A DNA stretch of 64,000 nt from Escherichia phage AV125, in sequence record OR352955.1; one strand, written 5' to 3'. The notes beneath the pieces were generated by a model, which had not been told where the DNA came from, ran no database searches, and was given only the letters and a program-made list of their open reading frames with translations. Positions 26,816 to 36,756 of the stretch are shown one piece after another. Made by a program: the position numbers and the translations under genes. The number at the start of each line of letters is the position of its first letter. Position 1 is the first letter of the stretch.

Positions 26816-27306
26816 AAAACCTCCTCAATCTTGTAGTTTGACTCCATCTCCAACACATTTCCACGAACGTCTCTCCGAAGAAAGGCATAAGCTTTATTAG
26901 GTATTGTAGACTCATATTTAACCATATCTGGCACAGCAAAAGATACTACTACTCCTGCTGGGCTTCTGTCAAGAGCCTTATTAATATTTCTAAGGATATC
27001 GTTAGCCAAGATTTCTGCCAATTCTCCAAGAACAGTTTCTGTTATATCTTTATATCCCATTAAGTATTTGTTGATATCTTTCATCTCCGTATTGTTCAGA
27101 GTATAGTCCAAAGGATAGAAATTCAAAGCGGAGTCACTTTTATGTGTCCACATGAAATGCACCCGATCCGAGCAGAATCGTAACCCTCTTTGAAGAATAT
27201 CTTCTACAACAGGCAGAATTTCTTTTGTCACATCATTAACCATGTTGTAATCTAAGATTTCTGCCAAGTTTGTTCTTTGTTCACCACGTTTACGTTTAGG
27301 AATCAC
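26794..27306 (-). CDS. hypothetical protein
   Basis: 170-aa ORF. Confidence 0.55.
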   Translation of the reverse strand: MIPKRKRGEQRTNLAEILDYNMVNDVTKEILPVVEDILQRGLRFCSDRVHFMWTHKSDSALNFYPLDYTLNNTEMKDINKYLMGYKDITETVLGELAEILANDILRNINKALDRSPAGVVVSFAVPDMVKYESTIPNKAYAFLRRDVRGNVLEMESNYKIEEVLWQSSDQ

Positions 27307-27901
27307 TTGTTATTGCCCTCATTACCAAAGGTCGTAGAAAATCGTAAATCTCTTGTTTTGTTTTCCCACGAATGTTTAAACAAGGAACATTATTGGCTTT
27401 AGCTATCTTCCAAGCCGTAGCTGTTCCACCTTTTGCATCTCCATGTTTATCAGTATTAGCACAAGCCAACAAGAAACATGATGGAGCAGGATTCTCCAAA
27501 TCTCTACCTAACACTTGATGCACATTACGTTGGTGCAATTTTCTAGCACCCTGCTTAAGCTTTTCATAGGCTGGGTGAACATCTTTGATCCATTGCACAG
27601 AGATAGCATAGTTCATTGTATCTGGTTTTGCAAGAACAATAACATCCCCTGGAATCTGATTACCTTTGAAATTTTCCCAAGGAACATAAATCTCCTTGTT
27701 AGTAGGATTTTCAGACTCTTGGACACCTGTTTCAAAAGCAGAATCACTACCCTCTGCCTTCCCAGACCTTAATTTAAACCCAAGGTTTGAAAGCCATTTC
27801 CCTATGCCTACCATCAAAGCCCACTCTTCTTCGGATATGTCTCTACTTCCAACTCCCGTATAGAACAGTTCTGCCATAATCACCTCAACAAGTAATTTCA
27901 A
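27296..27901 (-). CDS. hypothetical protein, possible Rossmann-like (SLOG/DprA-like) fold
   Basis: 201 aa; YTGVGSR...SGKAEGSDSA pattern is only weakly diagnostic. Confidence 0.5.
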   Translation of the reverse strand: MKLLVEVIMAELFYTGVGSRDISEEEWALMVGIGKWLSNLGFKLRSGKAEGSDSAFETGVQESENPTNKEIYVPWENFKGNQIPGDVIVLAKPDTMNYAISVQWIKDVHPAYEKLKQGARKLHQRNVHQVLGRDLENPAPSCFLLACANTDKHGDAKGGTATAWKIAKANNVPCLNIRGKTKQEIYDFLRPLVMRAITSDS

Positions 27902-28193
27902 AAGGTGTATAGGGTTCCGTATTTCTCATGATCCAAGGACTGCTAGGATTGCTCGGATCATAAGGGCCAAAAGGTTTTATGGTAGGTTGTGTTTCTTTCT
28001 TCTGAATCTCTTCAAAAATACGACGAAGTTCAGAATATTCTTGATCCACCATAAGATTCGGTGCATCTGATTCTACAGCTTGCAGGTTATCTTCCTTAAG
28101 AACAATCTCACGAACAAGATTAACATCTTCTGTTTCTAAGATAACTTCTTTACGGATATTACCTACACTTTGAATAATTGTAATCTTATACAT
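27885..28193 (-). CDS. hypothetical protein
   Basis: 102-aa ORF. Confidence 0.5.
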   Translation of the reverse strand: MYKITIIQSVGNIRKEVILETEDVNLVREIVLKEDNLQAVESDAPNLMVDQEYSELRRIFEEIQKKETQPTIKPFGPYDPSNPSSPWIMRNTEPYTPFEITC

Positions 28194-28936
28194 TAATCCT
28201 CCTCAAGAGTTGAATAAAATTGAAGACCACCGTCCATATCGAAATAAGCAAATGTTAAGTTATTATTGAACACAGATCCAGTATCCATATAAACACGATT
28301 CGCATTGATAATAGGTGTTTTTACATAAGAGTGTCCATGAAACACATAATCCACACCCATCACAACAGGAAGTTTCATTCCCTCTTTAGCACAGTCTACC
28401 ATATCTCTGTCCCACATAAGTGCTTCAGCAAAACGGTTTTCCTGTGTTTTTGTCATCTTCGAAATGTATTCTGGAATATCTGTTACAGGGAGATATTCCA
28501 AAGAAGATGGATACCCACCATGAATAAACGCAAGTTTCATGCCTCTGTAGTTAACAATGAGAACAACAGGTAAATCTTCTGTCATCATTGCTAAGGCTGT
28601 AGCTCCTTCTTCACCACATTCTTCAAAGACCGTATATCCTCCATTTTGATACCAACACTCATAGTAGCTACGATCTCCTTCCAGCATACCTTTAATCATC
28701 ATGTCTTCATGATTGCCACGAATAGCGTAGCGATTGTGTTTACGAGTAAATTCTAAAACACAACGAAAGTTTTGCTTTCCACGGTCAGTAAGATCTCCTA
28801 GAGATACAACCACATCTGTATCTCGGATACCTAACTTTGCCTTTCCTTTTTCATACAAATTATAACAACCGTGTAGATCTCCAATTATAAAAAGATCTTG
28901 ATCGCTTTTAACAGTAATTTCTCTGTGTATGATCAC
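28193..28936 (-). CDS. Ser/Thr protein phosphatase-like metallophosphatase (PPP family)
   Basis: GDLHGC, GDLTDRG, RGNHED motifs in canonical order. Confidence 0.75.
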   Translation of the reverse strand: MIIHREITVKSDQDLFIIGDLHGCYNLYEKGKAKLGIRDTDVVVSLGDLTDRGKQNFRCVLEFTRKHNRYAIRGNHEDMMIKGMLEGDRSYYECWYQNGGYTVFEECGEEGATALAMMTEDLPVVLIVNYRGMKLAFIHGGYPSSLEYLPVTDIPEYISKMTKTQENRFAEALMWDRDMVDCAKEGMKLPVVMGVDYVFHGHSYVKTPIINANRVYMDTGSVFNNNLTFAYFDMDGGLQFYSTLEED

Positions 28937-29262
28937 TTATCCTCCTCAAAATCTAAGAAAATAAAAATATTCACCTTTCCTTCAATCTCTTGTTCTAAAA
29001 CAAGATCGGCAAATTCTGCATAAGCTTTCTCTTCAACTTTTTCAATATGTTCTGCGGCATCTTTAAAAGGCGTATCCCCATCCACCTTTACTAATAAGAA
29101 AAGAGATCGCATTTCGACGTTTTTACTGTTACGAGGAAGGAAATCTACAGCTTCAACAATTCTCCAACCCAAATAGCCAGGGGTTTTATGAATCTCCCCT
29201 AAATACTTTTCTAAGATTTTACGACCCTCGTCGATAAGGGCTTGTTCTGTAGTAATTTCCAT
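28933..29262 (-). CDS. hypothetical protein
   Basis: 109-aa ORF. Confidence 0.5.
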   Translation of the reverse strand: MEITTEQALIDEGRKILEKYLGEIHKTPGYLGWRIVEAVDFLPRNSKNVEMRSLFLLVKVDGDTPFKDAAEHIEKVEEKAYAEFADLVLEQEIEGKVNIFIFLDFEEDK

Positions 29263-29272
29263 TCCTTCCTCC

Positions 29273-29863
29273 TCAAATTATTAACGAAACCGCATGACTA
29301 AATCTTGGTTCAGATATAACCTCTGCTACAGTCACATATGTATCGTGCAGCCAAAAAGATTCTACTCTACAAACACAAATACCGTTGATAATGAAATCTA
29401 CACAGGCTTTATTATTTTCGCACACTTGTTGACTATAAACAACCCCTAAAGAGTCATAAAGTGATCTCACTGTTGCTACCATTTCATCTGTTTCGTCTTC
29501 CTGTGAAACAAAGAAAACGAATACAGACAAGTTATTAGCGAAAGTATTGCTATTCTCTACTTCAACCGACTTACAAGGTAAAAAGGAGTAATATTTACCG
29601 TTAGGTATCAATTTCGCCTCAACCTGGTTAAGTATGCTTTGAGATGGTTTTGTTACATAAAAAAGATTTTCTGTTGGGTTTTCAACATTACTCCTTACTA
29701 TGCAACGAGTGGGGTTCGAAGGATCAAAAACATGATCGAAATCGACACACACAGGTAAGTTAACAACTTTAAACTTTTTGCTAAGAATGCTTACTGCTGT
29801 AAAAATCAAACCAGCATTTATTTTGCCAGTGAAAGTTGAACGCATAACTACTCCTCGGATCAT
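29273..29863 (-). CDS. hypothetical protein
   Basis: 196-aa ORF. Confidence 0.55.
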   Translation of the reverse strand: MIRGVVMRSTFTGKINAGLIFTAVSILSKKFKVVNLPVCVDFDHVFDPSNPTRCIVRSNVENPTENLFYVTKPSQSILNQVEAKLIPNGKYYSFLPCKSVEVENSNTFANNLSVFVFFVSQEDETDEMVATVRSLYDSLGVVYSQQVCENNKACVDFIINGICVCRVESFWLHDTYVTVAEVISEPRFSHAVSLII

Positions 29864-30054
29864 TCTACCAAAGAGAATTCCGCCTCTTCCAGGTAGATTA
29901 CAGACCTTGTTGCATGATATTTAACGCTCCAGAAATTACCTTCGCGCCGTAAAAGTATCTCATTCACATCAAGATTGCTTAGAAAAACCATATAACTTAA
30001 AGCTTGTTGACGCGTTGAGAATTGTTTCTCTAAAAGTTCTTCTCCGCTCTGCAT
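29860..30054 (-). CDS. hypothetical protein
   Basis: 64-aa ORF. Confidence 0.45.
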   Translation of the reverse strand: MQSGEELLEKQFSTRQQALSYMVFLSNLDVNEILLRREGNFWSVKYHATRSVIYLEEAEFSLVE

Positions 30055-30070
30055 AATCCCTCCTTAAAAT

Positions 30071-30090
30071 ACTCCCTCCGAAAAGGGAGT
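30071..30090 (-). repeat. intergenic stem-loop
   Basis: ACTCCCT-ccgaaa-AGGGAGT. Confidence 0.5.
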
Positions 30091-30099
30091 ATAAGTATA

Positions 30100-30303
30100 T
30101 CACGTAGTTGTTATGTTGTCTTCTTGGATACTAGAATCCACTTCTGCAAACATATCTTCTGCACTGTAATTATTTCCAGTCCAGCGTGATAAAAGGATAG
30201 CACCAATCTCTTTTGCATGAGATTCGGACTCCGCATAAACGTTAGTCCCAGTGTCACCTTTTTTCTTTTCATGTGCATAAATGCAGTAATAATTGTAAGC
30301 CAT
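30100..30303 (-). CDS. hypothetical protein
   Basis: 67-aa ORF. Confidence 0.45.
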   Translation of the reverse strand: MAYNYYCIYAHEKKKGDTGTNVYAESESHAKEIGAILLSRWTGNNYSAEDMFAEVDSSIQEDNITTT

Positions 30304-30539
30304 TAATCTTCCCAGTCATTGCCCTCGGTAGAGTGAACTAAAGCTCGCACGATACCACCGTAATCTACTGCCTGATTTGCAGCATGTTCGGCATAAACTT
30401 CAATGGCTTTTTTGAAGAAAAGAGCAGTAGCTGCTTCAATATTATCCATTTCGCCATCTACGTCAGTAGAAAGTGAAAGGTTGAGGCTTTCATCTACTTC
30501 ATCAAAATCAATAGCCACTGTCATAATTAGTTTACCCAT
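30303..30539 (-). CDS. hypothetical protein
   Basis: 78-aa acidic ORF. Confidence 0.5.
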   Translation of the reverse strand: MGKLIMTVAIDFDEVDESLNLSLSTDVDGEMDNIEAATALFFKKAIEVYAEHAANQAVDYGGIVRALVHSTEGNDWED

Positions 30540-30551
30540 AGTTCACACTCC

Positions 30552-31061
30552 TTAAACAAAATAAAATGGTTGAGAGAGGCCCAAACGATTCTTTGGGTCG
30601 TATACATACCAAGCGTATGCTGTCTTATCTGTTCCACCTGCAACAAACGAAGGCCGTTCTGAAAGGACTATAAGGTTTGTTGGTGGATTCTTTTGATGGA
30701 ACTCTCGTCGTTTCTTTGACTCCAAGAAGCCCAACCGAAGAAGATAAATACAAACATCTGCCTCTTTTAAGCTCTTTTCCAAGAACTCCATTGCTAACTT
30801 AAATGGAGGATTTGTGATTATAATGTCGGGACGATTTTCCCATTCATGACTAAAATAATCTTTACCTTCTTCAAGTTCGCAATATTCTGAACCTTCAGGA
30901 AAATGGCGATAAATCGCTTCAGCTTCACCTCTGCAAGGTTCTGCAAAAACCCAACCTTCTTCCTTTAGATTTTTGAAATCTATAACACTAAACAAACTAT
31001 TGATTGCTTTTTGCGGTGTCGGATAATAATCGCTCGTTGGGCGATCATAATCTAATGCCAT
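30552..31061 (-). CDS. small DNA N6-adenine methyltransferase-like protein (phage Dam-like)
   Basis: DYYPTP near N-terminus, IIITNPPF (NPPF catalytic motif), 169 aa. Confidence 0.55.
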   Translation of the reverse strand: MALDYDRPTSDYYPTPQKAINSLFSVIDFKNLKEEGWVFAEPCRGEAEAIYRHFPEGSEYCELEEGKDYFSHEWENRPDIIITNPPFKLAMEFLEKSLKEADVCIYLLRLGFLESKKRREFHQKNPPTNLIVLSERPSFVAGGTDKTAYAWYVYDPKNRLGLSQPFYFV

Positions 31062-31479
31062 CTAAAATCTCCTCTTTTGTAATATTATCCAACTCTTTAA
31101 AGGATGAAATCTCGTTTAATAATCCTATTTGATCAGCTTCTAGCGGATAAGTGTTTTTATCTGTTTTTCTAGACAGAATATCTTCAACAAACTTATCAAT
31201 AGCCAAAGAAGAATCATAAAATTTTAAAAGTTGGTAATCCATAGGAGATATTTTGTCATCTCTTAGAAATATTTCTAACATGTTTTCAGGAGTATCGTGG
31301 TTTAGTTTATGTTCACCAAAAATATTAACTTCGTAAACATCTTTGCCAAACCAACGTTTCTTCTTTTCAACAGTATAGGTTTTTGCCACCAGACCATCTA
31401 AACAGTTTCTTGCCCTCTTACATGTTTGACGGTAAGAGTGGATAGCGCCTTCAACAAACTTAGCAGGAACTTGTAACAT
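31045..31479 (-). CDS. hypothetical protein
   Basis: 144-aa ORF. Confidence 0.5.
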   Translation of the reverse strand: MLQVPAKFVEGAIHSYRQTCKRARNCLDGLVAKTYTVEKKKRWFGKDVYEVNIFGEHKLNHDTPENMLEIFLRDDKISPMDYQLLKFYDSSLAIDKFVEDILSRKTDKNTYPLEADQIGLLNEISSFKELDNITKEEILDGIRL

Positions 31480-31503
31480 TATTAATCTCCTATGTTTAAG
31501 AAA

Positions 31504-31519
31504 TGCCCCCGAAGGGGCA
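31504..31519 (-). repeat. intergenic UUCG-tetraloop hairpin
   Basis: GCCCC-CGAA-GGGGC. Confidence 0.5.
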
Positions 31520-31524
31520 GTTTG

Positions 31525-32217
31525 TTAAATAGCGGTTCCTTCGAAATCCGCCACATTTACGAGATTAATATTTTCAGATTTAGAAGTCAAGTTGTTTTCT
31601 GCAACAGATTTTTCTTCAGTATCCGCCTCGTTACCTGCCACGTTACGAGGTTCTTCTTCACCGTAGGGATTACCGAATTTCAAAAGATTGATCAATTCTT
31701 CTTTGGAGAAGTTTTCTAAATCATCGTCTGTTAATTCAATAATCTCGTCTTGTTCTTCAATAAATGTTTCACCACCAGAAAAAGCATCTCGCTTTTTAGC
31801 TACTTCCATAGCTTGTTCTGGTGTTGCCCCTGCGTCAAGAGCAGCTAAAGCAAAGTCTGACCCACTTCCTACTGCATAATATTCTTCATCAATCGGATAT
31901 GCACGTGTTGGGTTGTTACCTTCGTGCAAGAAAATACGTCCGTCTGGATGAACAACAAGTGCAATAAACTCTTCATCTTCTTTATCTGGATCAGAGTGAA
32001 TCATCAAACCAGGGACAGCATCACGTGCTGCTTCGCACTGTAGATTTTGTTCAAACCATTGAAAGAAAGAAAGCACGGAGGTCAGACGACCAGCACCACC
32101 TACAAGGTAATCTCCAATTTTTCGGACCTTTTTGAAATTAATAGAATCTACACGTCCACCAAAAGTTACCTTACCATCACTCAAAATCTTATTTTTGGTT
32201 GCAATAATTGTCGTCAC
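31525..32217 (-). CDS. HslV-like (ClpQ) N-terminal-Thr peptidase with acidic C-terminal extension
   Basis: MTTII... start (Thr2 nucleophile position), NFKKVRKI and [21 protein letters not shown] align with E. coli HslV NVKKVRRL and [33 protein letters not shown] matches the HslV GSGG segment. Confidence 0.7.
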   Translation of the reverse strand: [230 protein letters not shown]

Positions 32218-32720
32218 TATTCTTCCTCCTCTGTTAATGTTTTAAGAACCGCTTTCCCGCCATTCACATATTTGCAGATGTATTCTATCGCACGTAGTGT
32301 CTCTTTGTCAACAAAAATTTGATCAGACGTTGCGAGCGGGTTATTAAGAAGATCACTACAATCACGAACAAGCAGTGCTTTCTTATTAAACAAATTACTT
32401 AAGAACAGTAACTTCGCCTCTTCTTCTGTTATGTGCAGAAGACTGGGATCGGAGCCAGCTATTCCTATTATACAATCAAACAAGCTTTCTTTACTATCAG
32501 AAAGTTCTTGAAAATGGTTTAAAAGCCAATCTTCTCCTAGACACCAACATTTAAACATTTCCAGTTTATCTCGGAGGGTCATATTCTCTAAAGTAAGAGC
32601 AATCTCTTTTTCAATATGGTTTACACAAATTTGACGAAATTCGTTAGGTTTTACGAGTCCCGTTTGATAGCACTCATCTATACCGCTTCTTCCGATAGCT
32701 ATTGTTGCTACACCCATCAA
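32217..32720 (-). CDS. hypothetical protein
   Basis: 167-aa ORF. Confidence 0.5.
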   Translation of the reverse strand: MMGVATIAIGRSGIDECYQTGLVKPNEFRQICVNHIEKEIALTLENMTLRDKLEMFKCWCLGEDWLLNHFQELSDSKESLFDCIIGIAGSDPSLLHITEEEAKLLFLSNLFNKKALLVRDCSDLLNNPLATSDQIFVDKETLRAIEYICKYVNGGKAVLKTLTEEEE

Positions 32721-32752
32721 TCCTCCTTATAAATGGCTTCCCTGCCACATTA

Positions 32753-33511
32753 TTAAATAAACACTTCAGTAATCAGTTTAGACAAACGTCCACGTTTATT
32801 ATCGTCCGTTGTCAGTTCAACGTATCCAATAAAATCTACAATTGGTTCACGAACACCTTCTTCATTTTCTGGATATAAAAGTTCCAAAATTTGATGCAGA
32901 CCATTGCTACGTTTTTTAATTGCATATGTCTGGCGAACATCGCCTAATACAATAACATGCGTATTAATACCTGCACGTTCAATAAGAAGTTTAAGTGTTT
33001 CTGTTGACATAAGTTGTGCTTCGTCAATAATGACGATTGTATTATCCAGGGTAGCCCCCAACAAATAGTTAGGAATATTCAATTCGATCTTACCTGATCC
33101 AATATCGTTTTCCAATTTGTTGGCTGTCATGAATTGCTGGAAAATACGTTTTGTAGATTCATAGTGTGCTGCTAGTTTATCTGTTTTATCCCCAGACAAG
33201 AAACCAATCTGGTCATCTCCGACTTCAGTAGGGTTCTTGATAAAAAGTAGTTTACGGAAGTCTCCTGAACGAAGCATCTGCAAAGCTTTCCATAAAGCAA
33301 CAGAGGTTTTACCAGTCCCTGCCGGAGCATTTACAACAGTCAGATCATTCCAGATCATGCTTTGAACAATCTTATTTTGGTCCCCTTCAGGCATAAATTC
33401 ATCTAAACGGTAATCGTCATTACCTACCGCTTTTGCTGCATAACGGCTTTCAATCTTTGCTGAATTAGCCAGTTTCTGCCGTTGTGTTTTAGCTGCGGTT
33501 TTATTTCCCAT
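32753..33511 (-). CDS. phoH: PhoH-like ATPase
   Basis: Walker A NAPAGTGKTSVAL; start moved to second ATG (33511) preceded by RBS AAAGGAG and an intergenic hairpin. Confidence 0.8.
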   Translation of the reverse strand: MGNKTAAKTQRQKLANSAKIESRYAAKAVGNDDYRLDEFMPEGDQNKIVQSMIWNDLTVVNAPAGTGKTSVALWKALQMLRSGDFRKLLFIKNPTEVGDDQIGFLSGDKTDKLAAHYESTKRIFQQFMTANKLENDIGSGKIELNIPNYLLGATLDNTIVIIDEAQLMSTETLKLLIERAGINTHVIVLGDVRQTYAIKKRSNGLHQILELLYPENEEGVREPIVDFIGYVELTTDDNKRGRLSKLITEVFI

Positions 33512-33530
33512 AGTAGCACTCCTTTTAGAA

Positions 33531-33544
33531 GGGGCCGAAGCCCC
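33531..33544 (-). repeat. intergenic UUCG-tetraloop hairpin
   Basis: GGGGCCGAAGCCCC between lysozyme stop and PhoH start. Confidence 0.6.
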
Positions 33545-33548
33545 TTTA

Positions 33549-34049
33549 TTAGTTGTAAGCATCTAAAGTTCCAGAAGTCAGAACTTTAATTACTCGTTCA
33601 GCACGGTTTGGCGTCTGGCTATACCATCGGCTTTTACGCATGTTTTTACCTGCTTGAGTATAATATGCATTGCTGATTAAAGTCAAGCTATTTTGAAACC
33701 CTTCAGCACCTTTTAACCCCAACTGGAAAACCATGTTGATTATTCCCAATTTACGAGTATCACTCACCTTATCATAGATTGGTGATAAGATAGCACTGTT
33801 TTTTATGTCTCTCTTCACTTTTGCAACATCGTCAGCAAAGATTTGACGGGCTTCTTTTTCTGTGATAACTCCATTAGTCTTACGACCAAGAAGATTATCT
33901 AAGATTTGAATAGCCTTTGCTTTATCTTTTATTTTAGTCAGAAGGTGTCCTATGCCGACTGTCCAATAACCAAGATGGTCTTGATAAACAGTAAGCTTCA
34001 GTCCTTCATCGACTCGTAGCATATCAAACTCATCTACTACTTTAGCCAT
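33549..34049 (-). CDS. e: T4-type lysozyme (endolysin, gene e family)
   Basis: FDMLRVDEGLKLTVYQDHLGYWTVGIGHLL and KSRWYSQTPNRAERVI align closely with T4 lysozyme (catalytic Glu/Asp/Thr positions present). Confidence 0.9.
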   Translation of the reverse strand: MAKVVDEFDMLRVDEGLKLTVYQDHLGYWTVGIGHLLTKIKDKAKAIQILDNLLGRKTNGVITEKEARQIFADDVAKVKRDIKNSAILSPIYDKVSDTRKLGIINMVFQLGLKGAEGFQNSLTLISNAYYTQAGKNMRKSRWYSQTPNRAERVIKVLTSGTLDAYN

Positions 34050-34057
34050 TTACTTCC

Positions 34058-34207
34058 TATTCGTCGTCTCCTACTCCGTGATCCAACTCGTTAAACAACA
34101 GATGTTCTGGAGAAGTTTCACGTTTTGGTTTCGTTTTCTTTATGTTGGACTTCAGCTCATTTGCCAAAGCACGAGAAAAGATCTTACGTTTCTGTTTACT
34201 TTTCATA
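34058..34207 (-). CDS. small basic protein (49 aa)
   Basis: RBS GGAG; MKSKQKRKIFSRALANELK...; below track cut-off. Confidence 0.35.
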
Positions 34208-34211
34208 ATTG

Positions 34212-34472
34212 TTACTCCGCAATTTGAGCCATGAGATCACGCAGTTCGGTAAAACCGCCTACGTATGTTACCTCCCCGTTCACTTCAGACAAAATTTGTG
34301 GAAATGTGCGTGGAGGAACTCCGGTAAGATCAACAACTGTTTTAGTCATTGATTCTAAATCGTAGTCTTGGTCAAGACTTAAATATTCAAACTGTTTATT
34401 GCGCATGGTTAATAGTTGTTTTGACATTTCGCAAAATTGACAGTTAGGTTTACCAAAAATTACAAATTCCAT
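34212..34472 (-). CDS. glutaredoxin-like protein (NrdC/NrdH-like)
   Basis: 86 aa, CQFC redox motif near N-terminus, TFPQI...GG fold signature. Confidence 0.75.
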   Translation of the reverse strand: MEFVIFGKPNCQFCEMSKQLLTMRNKQFEYLSLDQDYDLESMTKTVVDLTGVPPRTFPQILSEVNGEVTYVGGFTELRDLMAQIAE

Positions 34473-35314
34473 TACCTCTCCTTATTAAGTAATACTGCTA
34501 AAGACCGTTCAATACCTTTATTTAAATCTGATTTTGTAAGATAGTGACTGGTTACTAGTTGTGACTTCACCGGACGTGCTGCTGGAGCATTATAGGTTGA
34601 AGCTGATACCGCCGATATCTTAACAGGTTCTGGCATCTGTGTCAAGATCTTTTCCGCAAACTCCGCCCAAGAAATAAGATGGCTTCCTGCAAAATGGTAA
34701 GTCTTTACAGATCTTGACCAACCTGTTTTTAATACTTCAAAAATAGCTTCTGCTAAATCTGGGGCATATGTTGGACAAGAGAACTGATCTGCAACGATAG
34801 TAAAATCACGTTGTCCATCATTATAGCGAGACAACATAGTTTTTAGAAAGTTATTTCCAAATTCACTATATACAGACGCTGTTCGAATAATATATGCGTT
34901 CGGGTTAACTCCTCGCACCATTTTTTCACCGAGTTCTTTCGTATACCCATAATTGTTTATCGGGTTAGGTGTAGTATCTTCAAAAATAGGATGAGAATAA
35001 TTAAAAATATAGTCTGTAGAAATATGCACAAAATCAATTTTAAGTTTGCTGCACACTGCCGCAATATTTGCAGGGCCATAGGCATTAACAGCCAAAGCAG
35101 TAGCAAAATCATGTTCTGCTTTATCTACAGCCGTATAAGCAGCGCAATTAATAACACCATCTACATAATCTTCAATAATAGCGTTTCGCACAGCTTCAAA
35201 ATTTGTAATATCTACACGTTCTTTAGGATAAATTAAAGACACATTTGAAGGAGCCACTTTACGTAAAGCTTGTCCCAGTTGTCCATTACCACCCAATACC
35301 AGATATGTTAGCAT
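34472..35314 (-). CDS. rmlD: dTDP-4-dehydrorhamnose reductase
   Basis: MLTYLVLGGNGQLGQAL Rossmann start, length 280 aa, position after rmlC. Confidence 0.8.
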   Translation of the reverse strand: MLTYLVLGGNGQLGQALRKVAPSNVSLIYPKERVDITNFEAVRNAIIEDYVDGVINCAAYTAVDKAEHDFATALAVNAYGPANIAAVCSKLKIDFVHISTDYIFNYSHPIFEDTTPNPINNYGYTKELGEKMVRGVNPNAYIIRTASVYSEFGNNFLKTMLSRYNDGQRDFTIVADQFSCPTYAPDLAEAIFEVLKTGWSRSVKTYHFAGSHLISWAEFAEKILTQMPEPVKISAVSASTYNAPAARPVKSQLVTSHYLTKSDLNKGIERSLAVLLNKER

Positions 35315-35874
35315 ACACCCTCGCTACGTAACTGTTGAAAAGACTTAGCCATTGCATCTTTTGTTGATAAGATAGGTTTAAAATCTTCGTCAAAAATCAT
35401 ATCGAAGCCCCAATCAATCCCTATATCAGGATCATCCCAACGTAAACTTTGTTCGCTGGAAGGGTCGTATGGAGTTGTGCATTTGTATTCGAAGATAGCA
35501 TCCATACTCAACACTATAAAACCATGTGCCAAACCAGGTGGAAGCCAGAACTGTGTATGGTGTCGTGCACGAAGAACAACACCGTCCCAAGCACCGTAAG
35601 TAGGACTATCTTTACGTAGGTCTACAGCGAAATCCAATACTTCCCCACTTACACAACGAACAAGCTTACCTTGCGGATTATTTGTTTGAAAGTGCATTCC
35701 TCGCAAAACACCGAAGTTTGATTTAGACATGTTATCTTGAACGAAAGTTTGTCTACCAATGATATCTTCATATTTTTGTTCATTATATGTTTCTAAAAAG
35801 AAACCACGGTCATCTTTATAAACGTCTGGTTTGATAATTACCGCACCTTCAATTTTTGTTTTTTCTACTTTCAT
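35308..35874 (-). CDS. rmlC: dTDP-4-dehydrorhamnose 3,5-epimerase
   Basis: Start at ATG 35874 (RBS GGAGGG); RGFFLETY, RGMHFQ cupin motifs; about 188 aa. Confidence 0.8.
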   Translation of the reverse strand: MKVEKTKIEGAVIIKPDVYKDDRGFFLETYNEQKYEDIIGRQTFVQDNMSKSNFGVLRGMHFQTNNPQGKLVRCVSGEVLDFAVDLRKDSPTYGAWDGVVLRARHHTQFWLPPGLAHGFIVLSMDAIFEYKCTTPYDPSSEQSLRWDDPDIGIDWGFDMIFDEDFKPILSTKDAMAKSFQQLRSEGVC

Positions 35875-35950
35875 TTTCCCTCCGCTAATTTGAGTAGGTA
35901 TTGCCCGTACTCTGTTTTCTTCAGTGAGTTTCCATGGTAGACCAAAGTCT

Positions 35951-36748
35951 CTAAAGAAATCCACCCTTTTTGAAAGCAATTTCTTCCAGGCACGCAATCT
36001 TCAATCCTTGACAGTTCTCAATAGTCTGCACGAATTGACCAGCTTCCATCAGACTGGCGTGTGTTCCTGTGTCAAGCCAAGTAAATCCTCGTCCGAGAAC
36101 TTCTACTTGTAACTTCCTGTCTTCGAGGTAGCTGCGATTGATATCGGTGATCTCCAGTTCTCCACGCGCGGAAGGGGTTACTTCTAATGCACGTTGAATA
36201 ACAGAGTTATCATAGAAATATAAACCTGTGACAGCATAATCTGATTTAGGATTTTCAGGTTTCTCTTCAATAGAAATAACTTGACGATTACTCCCAAATT
36301 CAACCACACCGAATCGTTCAGGATCTTTCACCAAACACCCGAAGATACAAGCTCCGCCCCAAACATCTACCATCTCACTAGCGTTAATCAGTAGTTTACC
36401 AAAGCTTTGTCCGAAGAATAGGTTGTCACCTAAAATAAGAGCAACAGAGTCTTCTCCGATAAAATCTTTACCGATGATGAAAGCGTCCGCAAGACCTCGT
36501 GGCTCGGATTGGATTGCGTAAGTGAGTTTTATCCCAAACATAGACCCATCTCCAAGAAGATGCTCAAAGTCTTCCTGATCGCCTGGTGTGGTGATGATTA
36601 AGATATCCTTAATGTCAGCCAACATCAATACCGATAAGGGGTAGTAGATCATGGGTTTGTCATACACAGGGAGCAATTGCTTGCTCACACTGCGTGTTAC
36701 CGGATGAAGGCGGGTTCCACTTCCTCCCGCCAAAATAATACCTTTCAT
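35951..36748 (-). CDS. rmlA: glucose-1-phosphate thymidylyltransferase
   Basis: [18 protein letters not shown]...[18 protein letters not shown] signature. Confidence 0.9.
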   Translation of the reverse strand: MKGIILAGGSGTRLHPVTRSVSKQLLPVYDKPMIYYPLSVLMLADIKDILIITTPGDQEDFEHLLGDGSMFGIKLTYAIQSEPRGLADAFIIGKDFIGEDSVALILGDNLFFGQSFGKLLINASEMVDVWGGACIFGCLVKDPERFGVVEFGSNRQVISIEEKPENPKSDYAVTGLYFYDNSVIQRALEVTPSARGELEITDINRSYLEDRKLQVEVLGRGFTWLDTGTHASLMEAGQFVQTIENCQGLKIACLEEIAFKKGGFL

Positions 36749-36756
36749 AACCCTCC

